From contig MU053410.1 in the NCBI GenBank assembly GCA_013239625.1, positions 139,720-159,719 of the forward strand: a DNA stretch of 20,000 nt, given 5' to 3'. Source of the stretch: Lama guanicoe (taxonomy: Eukaryota). Shown here piece after piece: positions 1 to 10,162 of this stretch (position 1 is its first letter; each line of letters starts with the position of its first letter). A program made the translations under genes and the position numbers. Under the pieces are notes generated by a model that worked only from the letters and a program-made list of their open reading frames with translations, was not told where the DNA came from and searched no databases.

Positions 1-104
1 GGAGATGGGAGCAAATGACTAGTTAGCAAGGAGCAGCCCCCCTCCTCCTGACGCCGCCCTTACCTCTGTTGCCTTAGTTCCAGCCCCCACCCATGGTTTT
101 ATTG

Positions 105-1682
105 AAGTGCGTATACAGGGTACATATCTCAACATAATAAAAGCTATTTATGACAAATCTACAACCAGCATAATACTCTGCAGTGAAAAGCTGAAAGCCT
201 CTCTCTACTAAAATTTGACAAGGATGCCCACGCTCACCACTTCTTTTCAACAGAGTATTGAAAGTCCTGGCCATAGCAATTAGACAACAAAAAGAAATAA
301 AAGGGATCCAAATTGGAAAAGAAGAGGTAAAACTGTCATTATATGCAGATGGCATGATGCTATATTGAGAAAACTCTAAAGGCTCTACACAAAAACTACT
401 AGAGCTAAGAAAAGAAAGCAGCAAGGCAGCAGGACACAACAGCAACACACAGACGTCAGGGGCATTTATTTACCCGAGAGTAATAAATACTTTCAAAATT
501 GCATCCAAGAAAAAAAAATTAGGAATAAATCTGACCCAGGAAGTGAAAGACTTATATGCAGAGAACTACAAAACACTAAGGAAATTAAAGAAGATTTAAA
601 GAAATGGAAAGATAGCCCAGGTTCTTGCACTGAAAGAATTAATATTGTTAAAATGGTCATCCTGCCCAGAGCAATCTACAGATTTAATGTGAACCCTATC
701 ATATCACCCAGGACATTTTTCGCAAAACTGCAACAAATCATCCAAAAGTTTATAAGGAATAGCAAAAGACCTAGAATTACCAAAGCATTCCTGAAGAAGA
801 AGACCGAAGCTGGAGGAATAACCCTCCCAGACTTCAGACAACGCTACAGAGCTACAGCCATCCATGGTGTTGGTACAAAAACAGACGTATGGACCAATGA
901 AACAGAATAGACAGCCCAGAAATAAACCCACAGACCTTTGGTCCACTCATCTTCAACAAAGGAGACAAGAACACACAATGGAGTAAAGAACACACAGGTG
1001 TAGGGAAACCTGGACAGCTGCATGTACATCAATGAAGTTAGAATACTCCCTTACCCCATACACAAAAATAAATTCAAAATGGCTTAAAGACACGACACTA
1101 CACACCTCTTTGAAGAAAACACAGGCAAAACATGATCTGACATACACCTCAGCAAAGTTCTCCTAGGGCGGTCTACCCAAGCAATAGAAATAAAAGCAAG
1201 AATAAACAAACGGGACAATGAAACTTACAATCTTTTATACAGCAAAGGAAACCATAAGAAAAACAAAATGACAAAACCTACAAAATGGGAGAAAATACTT
1301 GCAAATGTTTCGACGGACAAAGGCTTAATGGCCAGAATGTAGAAACAGCTCATACAACTGAACAACGAAAGAACAAACAACCCAATCCAACAATGGACAG
1401 AAAACCTAAACAAGCATTTCTCCAACGAAGACATTCAAATAGCCACCAGGCAATGAAAAACTGCTCAATATCACTAATTATCACAGAAATGCAAATCAAA
1501 ACTACAGTGAGGTATCACCTCACACCCGTCAGAATGGCCATTACTCAAGTCCTCAAATAACAAATGCTGAAGAGGCTGTGGAGAAAAGGAAACCCTCCTA
1601 CACTGTTGGTGGGAATAGTTTGGTGCAGCCACTGTGGAAAGCAGTATGGAGGTTCCTCAAAAGACTAAAAATAGACTTGCCA
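105..1682 (+). mobile_element. LINE-1 ORF2 fragment (RT domain to C-terminal region), 5'- and 3'-truncated, decayed
   Basis: Frames encode L1 ORF2 motifs: [83 protein letters not shown] and VWRFLKRLKIDLP. The catalytic YADD reads YADG (342-353). There are several frameshifts and stops. Homology ends abruptly at 1682 with no 3' UTR or poly(A). Confidence 0.95.
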
Positions 1683-1723
1683 AAAGCGTTTGATCTCAGG
1701 GGGCAGGCCAACAAGCTCCCAAA

Positions 1724-2090
1724 GGCCCAGGCCTCGCCCATTATTCCGCCCCAGACCGCCTGTGCCCAGGAGGGTCGGGGCGGCCTCCACTCACCAGGCA
1801 GGCCCACCTACACAGGAAGGCCACGGCCTGAGGGCCATTAGGAGGTGCTCGGGGCCCATCCGGCGCCCTCCCACCTCCCGGGGCTGCACCTGCTTCCCCA
1901 AACCCACATAAGAGAGGCGGCCGAGATGCGGGGTTCAGTCACTACTCATGTGGGGGGTGGGGGGGGCACCACGAACCAGGCCGGCGGACCCCTGACACGC
2001 CTCAGGGTCCGAACGGGCCACATGGCCCAGGCCTCACCCACGCACCCCGCCCTGTGAGCCTCCCCAACTGCGCAGCCCAGGCCTCACCCA
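1724..2090 (+). repeat. Three dispersed copies of a 16-17 bp motif (G)GCCCAGGCCTCRCCCA
   Basis: Copies at 1724-1740, 2024-2040 and 2075-2090. Confidence 0.8.
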
Positions 2091-2118
2091 CCGGCGCCCC
2101 CCACCAGCGCCCCCTTAC

Positions 2119-2300
2119 CTGCCTGGCGGCGGCAGCGGGATCAAACACAAGCGGCGGCCCGGACCCCAGGCCGTGTTCCTGCTCGGGGAGCCGGTCCAGG
2201 AGCACCCGGCTCCCGCCAGCTTCCTCGCGCTCTGCGCCGGTTCCGTCATCCCAGCGTGCGCGTCCATGTGCGTGCGCGCCCCTCCTCCTCGCTTCCGCCG
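2119..2300 (-). other. Putative first exon of an unidentified gene ending in a strong 5' splice site
   Basis: The minus strand reads ...GCCGCCGCCAGGCAG|GTAAGG (exon end 2119, intron from 2118), downstream of the ETS and NRF1-like motifs in the CpG core. The start site is approximate. Confidence 0.5.
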
Positions 2301-4249
2301 CGGGGACCCCCGGCCGGGGCTCCTGCTGTACGGGACTTGGCAACTGAAGCCTGGAGGAGCCGGGTGTGCCCGGTGGAGGGGCAGAGCCATCCCTCCCACC
2401 TACCGCCAGCCCAGGCCGGGTTCTCATTCCCAAAACGTCCCCACTCCTCCACCAACTGGTCCGGGCACCCAACTAGAACCACCACCGGCCAGGGCCAGGC
2501 CACACCTATCAGCCCTACTCCCACTGCTTGCCTCCACCGCCACCCCAGCCCCATCACTGCCCCCTCAACGCTTAGTTCTGTATTTTTATAGACATAAACT
2601 TCTTATTAGGCCAGTGGCCTTCACGTTGGAGCACACCTCGGGGTTCACAGAGACTGCGCAGGGCACGTGGGCACAGGTAATATGGGAGACAGGATTTCCA
2701 GATCTCCATTTCCCACGTGTGTTCCTCCTTAAAGCAGACCCGTGACATTAGGCTGTCCTCTGTCTGCTAGCCTTTCATGGGAACTTTTTTCACACTCGAA
2801 TAAAAGCAACGCCAGTTCATCTTAATCGTCTGCACTACCACTGTCCCCACAACGTAAGGACAATGATCCAATGTGAAGTATGGATGTTGATATTGGTGTA
2901 GTCAGTCTGATGAGCAGTAAACACTTCTGTAGATTACGTGATTTCCATTTTTTTTGCTTTCAACAAAACTGAAGGGGGACCTAATGATATTGTTTTCTGA
3001 ATTTACAATAACAGTAGTAATTAATATTATCATTATATATTATTTTTAAAATCACATAGCTATCACCAAAATAAAGTTATAGTAGTGATAGTTTATTACT
3101 TTATAAGTAATACTTTATTGTTGTTTATTTTTTGATGATAGGTCTCTGTGTGATTTTTTTACCTCTGTCTTGGAGGGGATATAGAAGAATTCTGTTACAG
3201 TGTTGTAAAATATCTCTTTCTTGCTGTCTCTAGTTTTTATAAAAACCAGCTCTCTTAGCACCTATGTTTTTAAAAAGGAACATTGAAATAAAATTTGATG
3301 TTAAACTACGTCATTCCAGAAACAAGAAAAAGTCATCCTGTGTGTGAACTAATTCTTAAATGTCTTGCCCCTATATTGGGATGCACTTCAAATAAAATTT
3401 TACTTTCACATTTAGTAAACTAACAAATTCATAATATATTTCACATTTTGATCAATGTGTACCAAAATGAAACTCAATCTAAGAAATTATTTAATAGAGG
3501 ATTGTGTTGCTTAAAATTTTAAAGTGAATTTATGTACAGATTTTTGTTGTAGAAATTTACATAAAATATAATATTACATGAGTAAAACTATTTGGGACAA
3601 ATGGAATGAATATATGGTTTGAAGTTTAAAAATGAATGATATACAATCTCTGACTATTAAAAAAATCTCACTCTTTTTTAATGTATGATGGTGAGTTCAA
3701 ATCACTATCACTTTAAGATCCTTTTATTCAGAAAAGGAGAAATATGATTAAGCAACTGATAGTGAAATATGCTAAACATTACACCCTTAAGCTTATATTC
3801 AATGATTTTAGGTATCAATTAAAAATATACTAGTGAATACTTGCTGTTTATAAATTATCTTAGGTGTTAAGCAAGCAAGGATGTTTGAAAATCACTGGGT
3901 TGGGGATTGCAGGTTTTTTAATTTGGATATTTTATAATCACCTCTGGAAAAAAATGTGCATGTTTTTCATAAACATGTAACTTGCAAGGCCCTAAGCTGC
4001 CGTTTATACGCATCTGGTCACACAGACACCAGACATTCACCATCTGCCTTATTATGTTTGGTCTATTTCCTGTGCTTATTCAGGTACTCCTCTTGATTTA
4101 AAGATGACAAATGAATGCTATTTCTATCAGTTACAGTAATTTAAAATATTTCCTCAGCAAGACAAGATCTGGCATTCTGGGGTGTTTTGTATACTATACT
4201 AATAAGTTCTAAATGTTCCCCCTTATACTTGCCTATTTCCTTTCTGCAG

Positions 4250-4306
4250 GTAACAGAAACGAAAATAAGCTCTGTCCTGAACTTCCCAGCTGTCATGAGA
4301 GAGTCG
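4250..4306 (+). pseudogene. SH3YL1: SH3YL1 penultimate exon (57 nt, phase 1-1), diverged
   Basis: Pyrimidine tract TTTCCTTTCTGCAG| before and |GTAAGT after. Translates NRNENKLCPELPSCHERV, against recalled human SH3YL1 NRNEYKLYPGLSSYHERV. Confidence 0.9.
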
Positions 4307-6965
4307 GTAAGTAAGAATATCTGTTTTGAAAATGATTCATAACCATCTTCTAATCACAAAACCCCTAATCTGGCAGGTTGTGGAAGTATCTGGGAAACTG
4401 TTCAGCAGCCCTTGCTTGAGTTATAGGCTAGCCACCTTGTTTTGAGAAGAACTTCATTTAAAACATGCTATGCACAGTTAGATGCTGAACTTGAGGAGTC
4501 AACAGGCTGAACTTGCTGGGAGGTGCCCGCTGCCCCAAGGGCCCAGGGACTTTGGCCACAGTGCGCAGAGGCTGTGAACCACCTGTAAAGGCCCGGGAAC
4601 TGGAGTTCCTTTCCTCAGACTTGTCTGAAGTCTGCACCTGCAGTCCAGGTGCCTCAAACATATTAGAAATACCTTTTTAAAGGCAAAGAGGGAAAATGTT
4701 TAGTAGTAAGAAACAAAACCCTAAGTGGGCTCTGGAGACAGAGGCTCACACTCACACCCTGTACTTCCATTCACTGAAGATACCGTTTCCCCTCATGGTT
4801 GGTCAGTTGGTTGGATTTTATTTCTATATTTGAAGGGTTAGGACAAGTTGTACAAACTATAGGTATCAGGTTAATATTAATATTAATTTATTTTAGTCCT
4901 TTCTCAAAATACAAAGGATTTTGAAGAAAATGAAAGAGAAGATTTAAAGTCTATTTTAAAGATAAATCTTACTTTCCATTACCGTGTTTAAAAAAAAAAA
5001 AAAAGCAGCTGTGAAAGCAGTTAAAACTCTTACCAGGGATGTCCTTACACCCTGATCCATTATCCTTGTGGAGAGAAGCCACAAGCCACGGGCCTGAGGC
5101 CCAAGGGGAAAACCCCCCAGTGCAGGATGCCCAGCCCCCCACAGGCCAGTTCCCCAGCCTGCCCCAGGCCCGCAGACAGGCTGCGTGACCATCATTCTCG
5201 AGATGTGTACACGTTTGCTTTGCACTTTTGGAAGCTCGAACCATGTCCTCGGGTCTCCCAGAGGGACACAGCGAGCGCTGGAAGCCCTGGTCTCTGGGCT
5301 TGGTACTTGAGCCTGTGCCTCCTCCGTCAGCATCTGCCCCGGCCTCTCACCTGCCCTGTGACCATCCATGGGAACATGGCAGCTCCGTGTTGGGGGCTGT
5401 CCTGGCTGCGTGGGGCTGAGCAGCACCTGTGGACTAAGTCTACCTGGGGCCAGTAGTGGCAACCATAAATGGCCCGGACTTTGCCTTTTGAGAACCCCCC
5501 CGGTCTGGTGTCCTCCACGGGTGGCCTGTCTGGCTCGCTCAGCATGACACTCGCAATCCTACAGAGGATGTGGCCCCACGTGGCCTGGGTGGAATGTGGG
5601 TACCGGGATCAAGTTGCCTACCCAGCTTATCACTGCAGTAAATGTGAAACAACCCCAAAGCTATGTTCTCTTACCTCTTGTTGCTTCTTGAAGGGGAACT
5701 TCCAAAGGCTGAGATCCTTCTTCCGAGTCTGGGGCCAGATGTGTTGGCTGCACGTGGGTTACACTATGCAGGCTCCACCAAGAAGTAAAAAGGCAGCAGA
5801 GTCCCGTGGACCCAGCCTTGGTAGTTACCAGCCTTAAAGCAGCTGCCAGTCACCGAAGCTGATTGTGAACTGCCTCCTGTTAAGTATGGCCCTGATTTGG
5901 GAGAGAAAAATAACCTCTGTTTAAATTAAACTTGAATATTATGACAAAAATGATCAATTGCTTTATAGATCCCCCAGATTTGGTTTTTTAAGTGCAAGAA
6001 TGCAAAACTTGAAGTAACATGCATCACTCAGGGAGGGCAGGCACCTGTGCATGCGGGCTGCTCAGTGACCCTGTGGGCTGGGCTTCCATGGCCTCCAGGA
6101 TGGCCTCCCTTCCTGGAAGAACATGTCTCCTTGGCTCATCAGTTTTTAATGAATCATTTTGTGGACATTAAACATCTCCTATGGAAGTTATCCCTAATAT
6201 TCACAGTAAAGAGGAGCTTTACAGCATCCCAGCTCACTGAAGACAAAGCTAGCGGCAGGCATGGCACCTAGTGGCTTATGAGCTGTCCCCTTCTGGGAGT
6301 ACCTGCCTTCACTTAGGCCAGGCTCCCTGCTTTGTTTCCAGGTGGATGAACTTTCCCAACAGACTAAACTCCTGACTCCTAGACTCGCCCCCTGGGAGGT
6401 GGGGGTTTTGCCTGACGAGTCAGCTGGGTGAGGCGTCTGGCACACCCATGTCTGCCTGTCTTAGCCACATCCCTCCCCAGCTCTGCCAGCATGAGCCCCC
6501 GCGTCAGCCTCGGTCTGGCTCCAGCCTGGATGGAAAGAGGGGCCTCCTCCATCCCAGCAGCGCTGCCCCCTCCTCACACCTGTCCATCTCTTTACTGCTT
6601 TACCCTTGTCTCATCTGGAGACGACAGTTAGAGCAAATTAGAGGGCAGGGAGTGAATCAAGTCTGCGATCCCCTCTGCCTTTCCTCTTCCTCGGTTCCTA
6701 ATATCTTTTCTCCTCTAATTATTCATCATAAAATATATTCCTACAACCACTAGGCAACACTCCAGGTGTCAGTGATCACCAAGGAGCATCAGCATCAGTT
6801 GTTACTATTCGCACGGTCTGGATAGCACAGGGATGCAGGGGAATAGACTAATTCCCCTTGAAATTTTGCTCCGTTGAAGCAAAATGCTCTGCTGAATCTT
6901 GGCTCTGTCTGTTGAATGCAATTTAAGACATGTGTGGTTGCTGAGGACCCTGGGGTGTAATCTCT

Positions 6966-7075
6966 ATAGCGGTTAAAAGTGCTGGAGACAGACCTCCCAG
7001 ACTCAGCTCCCAGCCCTGGGACAGATCACTTAACGTTGGCAAGTCTCGGTTTGTATTCTGTGCAGTGGGGACATG
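6966..7075 (+). mobile_element. Degenerate MIR SINE fragment (intronic)
   Basis: Contains gcggttaaaagtg..ctggagacagac..cacttaac..tctcggtttgtattctgtgcagtggggaca, resembling the MIR 5' part and core. Confidence 0.5.
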
Positions 7076-8790
7076 TGGGCATGTCCGGCACCCACCACCG
7101 TGCCCGGCTCAGTGGACAGGAGAGACTTACCGTGCACACAGAGAGGGACACCTGTACCCTGCCATCAGCATTCCTACGCATCTTTAATTTTGCAGTTAGT
7201 GCTCCAAACAGGGTACGTGTGCGGCAGCTAAGACGGCTGTGGCTTTCAAAATATTCCCCGATGCTCACAAGCACCTTTCACTTGCTGCTTCTCGTTGTCC
7301 ATCGTGTCTGGGGGACAAGAGGGCAGAGGAGTAACTTGAGGGCTTTCACTAGTTAAGTTCGGTTACTCAAGATTGAGCTCCATAGGGAGGTCATGAGTAT
7401 AATTATTGATAAGAAAATCATGTTCAGAATGATTTTTCTTCAACATCAACTTGCATTCTTCTGATCTGGTGACAACGTGGCGTGGCATGAGGACTGGTCT
7501 CAACGTAGTGTGACAGCTACTTTCCCTGGTGCTTAGCAACGACTGTTTATCAGTATATTGGTAGTCATTCAACTGGTTTTGATTTGATCCAGGTTCGGTC
7601 AAGTTTCTTTTAGTGAAATACGTTTAGCCTTATTTCTTAAAATTAGTAGATTAAAAATAAATACAGTATAAAATATAAAAATATAAAGCACTTCATTTTA
7701 TGGAAGGACTATTCCGGTAATATTGCTAGTGGGATTAGTTATTATTAAGGTTATTTCTCTGGGAGAACTCAACTACAAGACATGTGCTTTATAGAAAGAG
7801 CTATAGCACCATCTTGTGTGAGATACAAATTCAGTGCTTCAGTCAAGGTAGTTTAATTAAAGTGATGACTATTTTTATTTCTTACTGACAGGCCAAGTTC
7901 AGTTTATTTTTATTATTATAGTATTATAGGCTCAAATAAGTAACTGGCTTTAGAATTTGGTTATTTATATTTTCTGTATATTTGCTCTTCGATGCAAGCA
8001 CCCAATGGCCTAATGTATGCACAAAATTGTACAGAACTTGGAAATGCTGGATTCCATGTAGCTGAGGACAAAGAAAGTGTGTTTCTGTGTAATTCTGTAG
8101 AATTCTTGTGATGCTACACAGTTTATGGTATTTGATGTCTTTCACTCGTGTTACCCACTCAATTCTCAGGGTATTTCTTCCCAATACAACACCCACAATT
8201 CTAGACGCAGTGTAAAGTTCTTGTTAAACGTGTAGACGTGCTTCTTGATGCACAAATTTGAATTTTGTCTCTGTTTTGAGAGAAGGGATCCAGTAAGTAC
8301 AGCAGTGAGAACAGCCATAAAAGCCTGGGGGAGGTAAGTGTCTGCAGCTGCAATGGCACGGGCACCGGGGCCGGAGTCCTCAAAGCCAGTGACTGCAGAG
8401 CTCGGTGTTCACGTTAAGGCTGTAATGATCCAATCAGGAGCATAAGCATCGACTTTCATCAAATAACTATAGTTCATGGAAACTATCCTGACTATTCTAT
8501 TAAAACAGGAAAAACTGAGAAATATTATAGATTATTCAAAATTTAAACTCATAACCACAATAATTGCTGAACACATGTTTAAGTACATAATCAAATGCAG
8601 TCTGACTTGTGTGGATTTAGGGAATGTTATTACCAAACGTGTGCTCTTCACAATGGGGTGAAATCACAGCCCACGTGCTTCCAAGGCGTCCGCACACCAA
8701 GCCCCGAGTTGTTCACGGATATCTTACTGACACATGCTTCCAGTTTCCTCATAAAAATGTGAATAATTTAAATACTTTTTCTTATTTTAG

Positions 8791-8981
8791 GCAATTGAAA
8801 CCAGCCTACAGAAGTGACAGCACTGTATTCTTTTGAAGGACAACAGCCGGGGGACTTGAATTTTCAAGCTAGAGACAGAATCACAGTTTTATTAAAAACA
8901 GACTCACATTTTGATTGGTGGGAAGGAAAGCTTCGAGGTCAAACTGGCATTTTTCCAGCCAACTCTGTTATCATGAATTAA
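8791..8981 (+). pseudogene. SH3YL1: SH3YL1 terminal coding exon (SH3 domain) with premature stop
   Basis: Acceptor TTTTTCTTATTTTAG| at 8790. Translates (G)N*NQPTEVTALYSFEGQQPGDLNFQARDRITVLLKTDSHFDWWEGKLRGQTGIFPANSVIMN* and closely matches the recalled human C-terminus GNLNQPIEVTALYSFEGQQPGDLNFQAGDRITVISKTDSHFDWWEGKLRGQTGIFPANYVTMN. In-frame TGA at 8796-8798, natural TAA at 8979-8981. Confidence 0.93.
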
Positions 8982-9517
8982 AGTTCATATGATTTCCTTC
9001 TCAGAATTGTAAGAAAATTATTTCTACACTCACAGGATTTACTATCCAGTTAAACAATGTTTAATACAAGTTCAAAATCTCTTCTGTTTATTCCATAAAT
9101 CTTTATCCTGTATGTAAAAGATCTTGTTTTTCTATACATAAATATTTACCTTACATGTCTTTAAATACTTTCCACTAATTTTATTACATATACTATTTAA
9201 CAGTTAATGTATTCCAATTCATATGGTCACATTATTTTTGTGTTCATTTTCAAAAACCCATAAACACTTAATTTGGCTTTGTGCCTGATGACTTAAAAGC
9301 TTAAAGATGGGGGCATGAATTCTAACTGGGTATTAAGTAATAACTAGAATGTTTATTCTTAAAATTATTTCTATACCTTCAAAAATTGCATATATTTGTT
9401 TCATGTACATGTATATGAAAGATGCTATTAGAAAGAAATTCAACCACTATTCATTAAAAAAAGCTGAAATCTATTAGTTTTCTTTCTTTGTGAGGTTATG
9501 TTCATTTGTAGCAGTAG

Positions 9518-9558
9518 AATAAACTTACGTTGACATGGTTCTGTTGTCCCTAAATAAA
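9518..9558 (+). terminator. Polyadenylation signals ending the SH3YL1-like 3' UTR
   Basis: AATAAA at 9518-9523 and 9553-9558, about 540-570 nt after the stop and followed by T/GT-rich sequence. Confidence 0.6.
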
Positions 9559-10136
9559 TGTTTTTAAATGCTAATTTAATGTTTTGATTTTGTTTTTCTT
9601 CTTCGTGTTTTGTAAAGTAACCAGAGGTCTGTGATTGGTCTGCAGGTTAAAACTCACCTCCATGACAGTACTGCTAAATCCTTATTTTTTTGTTTTATTA
9701 ACATAAATTTGATAAACAAAATTGTAAAATTTTTAAAGGGTCTGTGATTTGAAATACACAGATGTTGTTAAAGGATTCTGAGTTAATGAACACATCCAAA
9801 ATCTCACATATTTTTTTATGTGATGAGAACCCTTAAGTTCTACTCTCTCAGAAAATTTCAATTATAGAATGCAACATTATAACTGTAGTCTCCACATTGT
9901 ACATTAGATCCCCAGAACATACTCCTCTTACAAACTAGAAGTTTGTACCCTTGATCAGCATCTCTTAATTTTGCCCACTTCCCAACCCCTGGTCAACACC
10001 AATCTGGTCTCTTTCTATGAGTTTGATTGTTTTGAATTCCATTTGAGATCATGCAGTATTTATTTGTCCTTGTCATTTAACATAATCCCCTCAAGTTTCA
10101 TCCATGTTGTTGGAAATTTCAAGATTTTCTTCCTTT

Positions 10137-10162
10137 GTGTGTGTGTGTGTGTGTGTGTGTGT
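10137..10162 (+). repeat. (GT)13 microsatellite inside the L1 3' region
   Basis: Perfect GT repeat read directly from the sequence. Confidence 0.95.

Larger units (their letters stand above)
1683..2570. promoter_or_regulatory. CpG-island / promoter-like block
   Basis: Sharp switch to high GC with many CpGs, densest at ~2090-2330. GC boxes (CCGCCC ~1746 and ~2047), ETS core CGGAAG on the minus strand (2292-2297), and NRF1-like TGTGCGTGCGCG (2267-2278). Confidence 0.75.

Noticed and set aside
1690..2745. Many overlapping 70-190 aa ORFs on both strands
   Set aside because: Expected from stop-codon scarcity in GC-rich DNA; low-complexity P/R/G/A translations with no domain.
2858..2912. C/D-box snoRNA-like arrangement (AATGATCC...CTGA)
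   Set aside because: Box C deviates from RTGATGA, there is no terminal stem, and it does not resemble known SNORD families.
4871..5004. 16-bp palindrome TTAATATTAATATTAA and an A15 run
   Set aside because: Simple AT-rich low-complexity sequence with no associated element or TSD.
4956..6753. ORFs of 60-168 aa in the GC-richer intron segment
   Set aside because: No domain similarity, occur on both strands, and lie inside the SH3YL1 intron.
7363..7602. 79-aa minus-strand ORF with protein-like composition
   Set aside because: Non-ATG start, antisense within the SH3YL1 intron, no recognisable homology or splice support.
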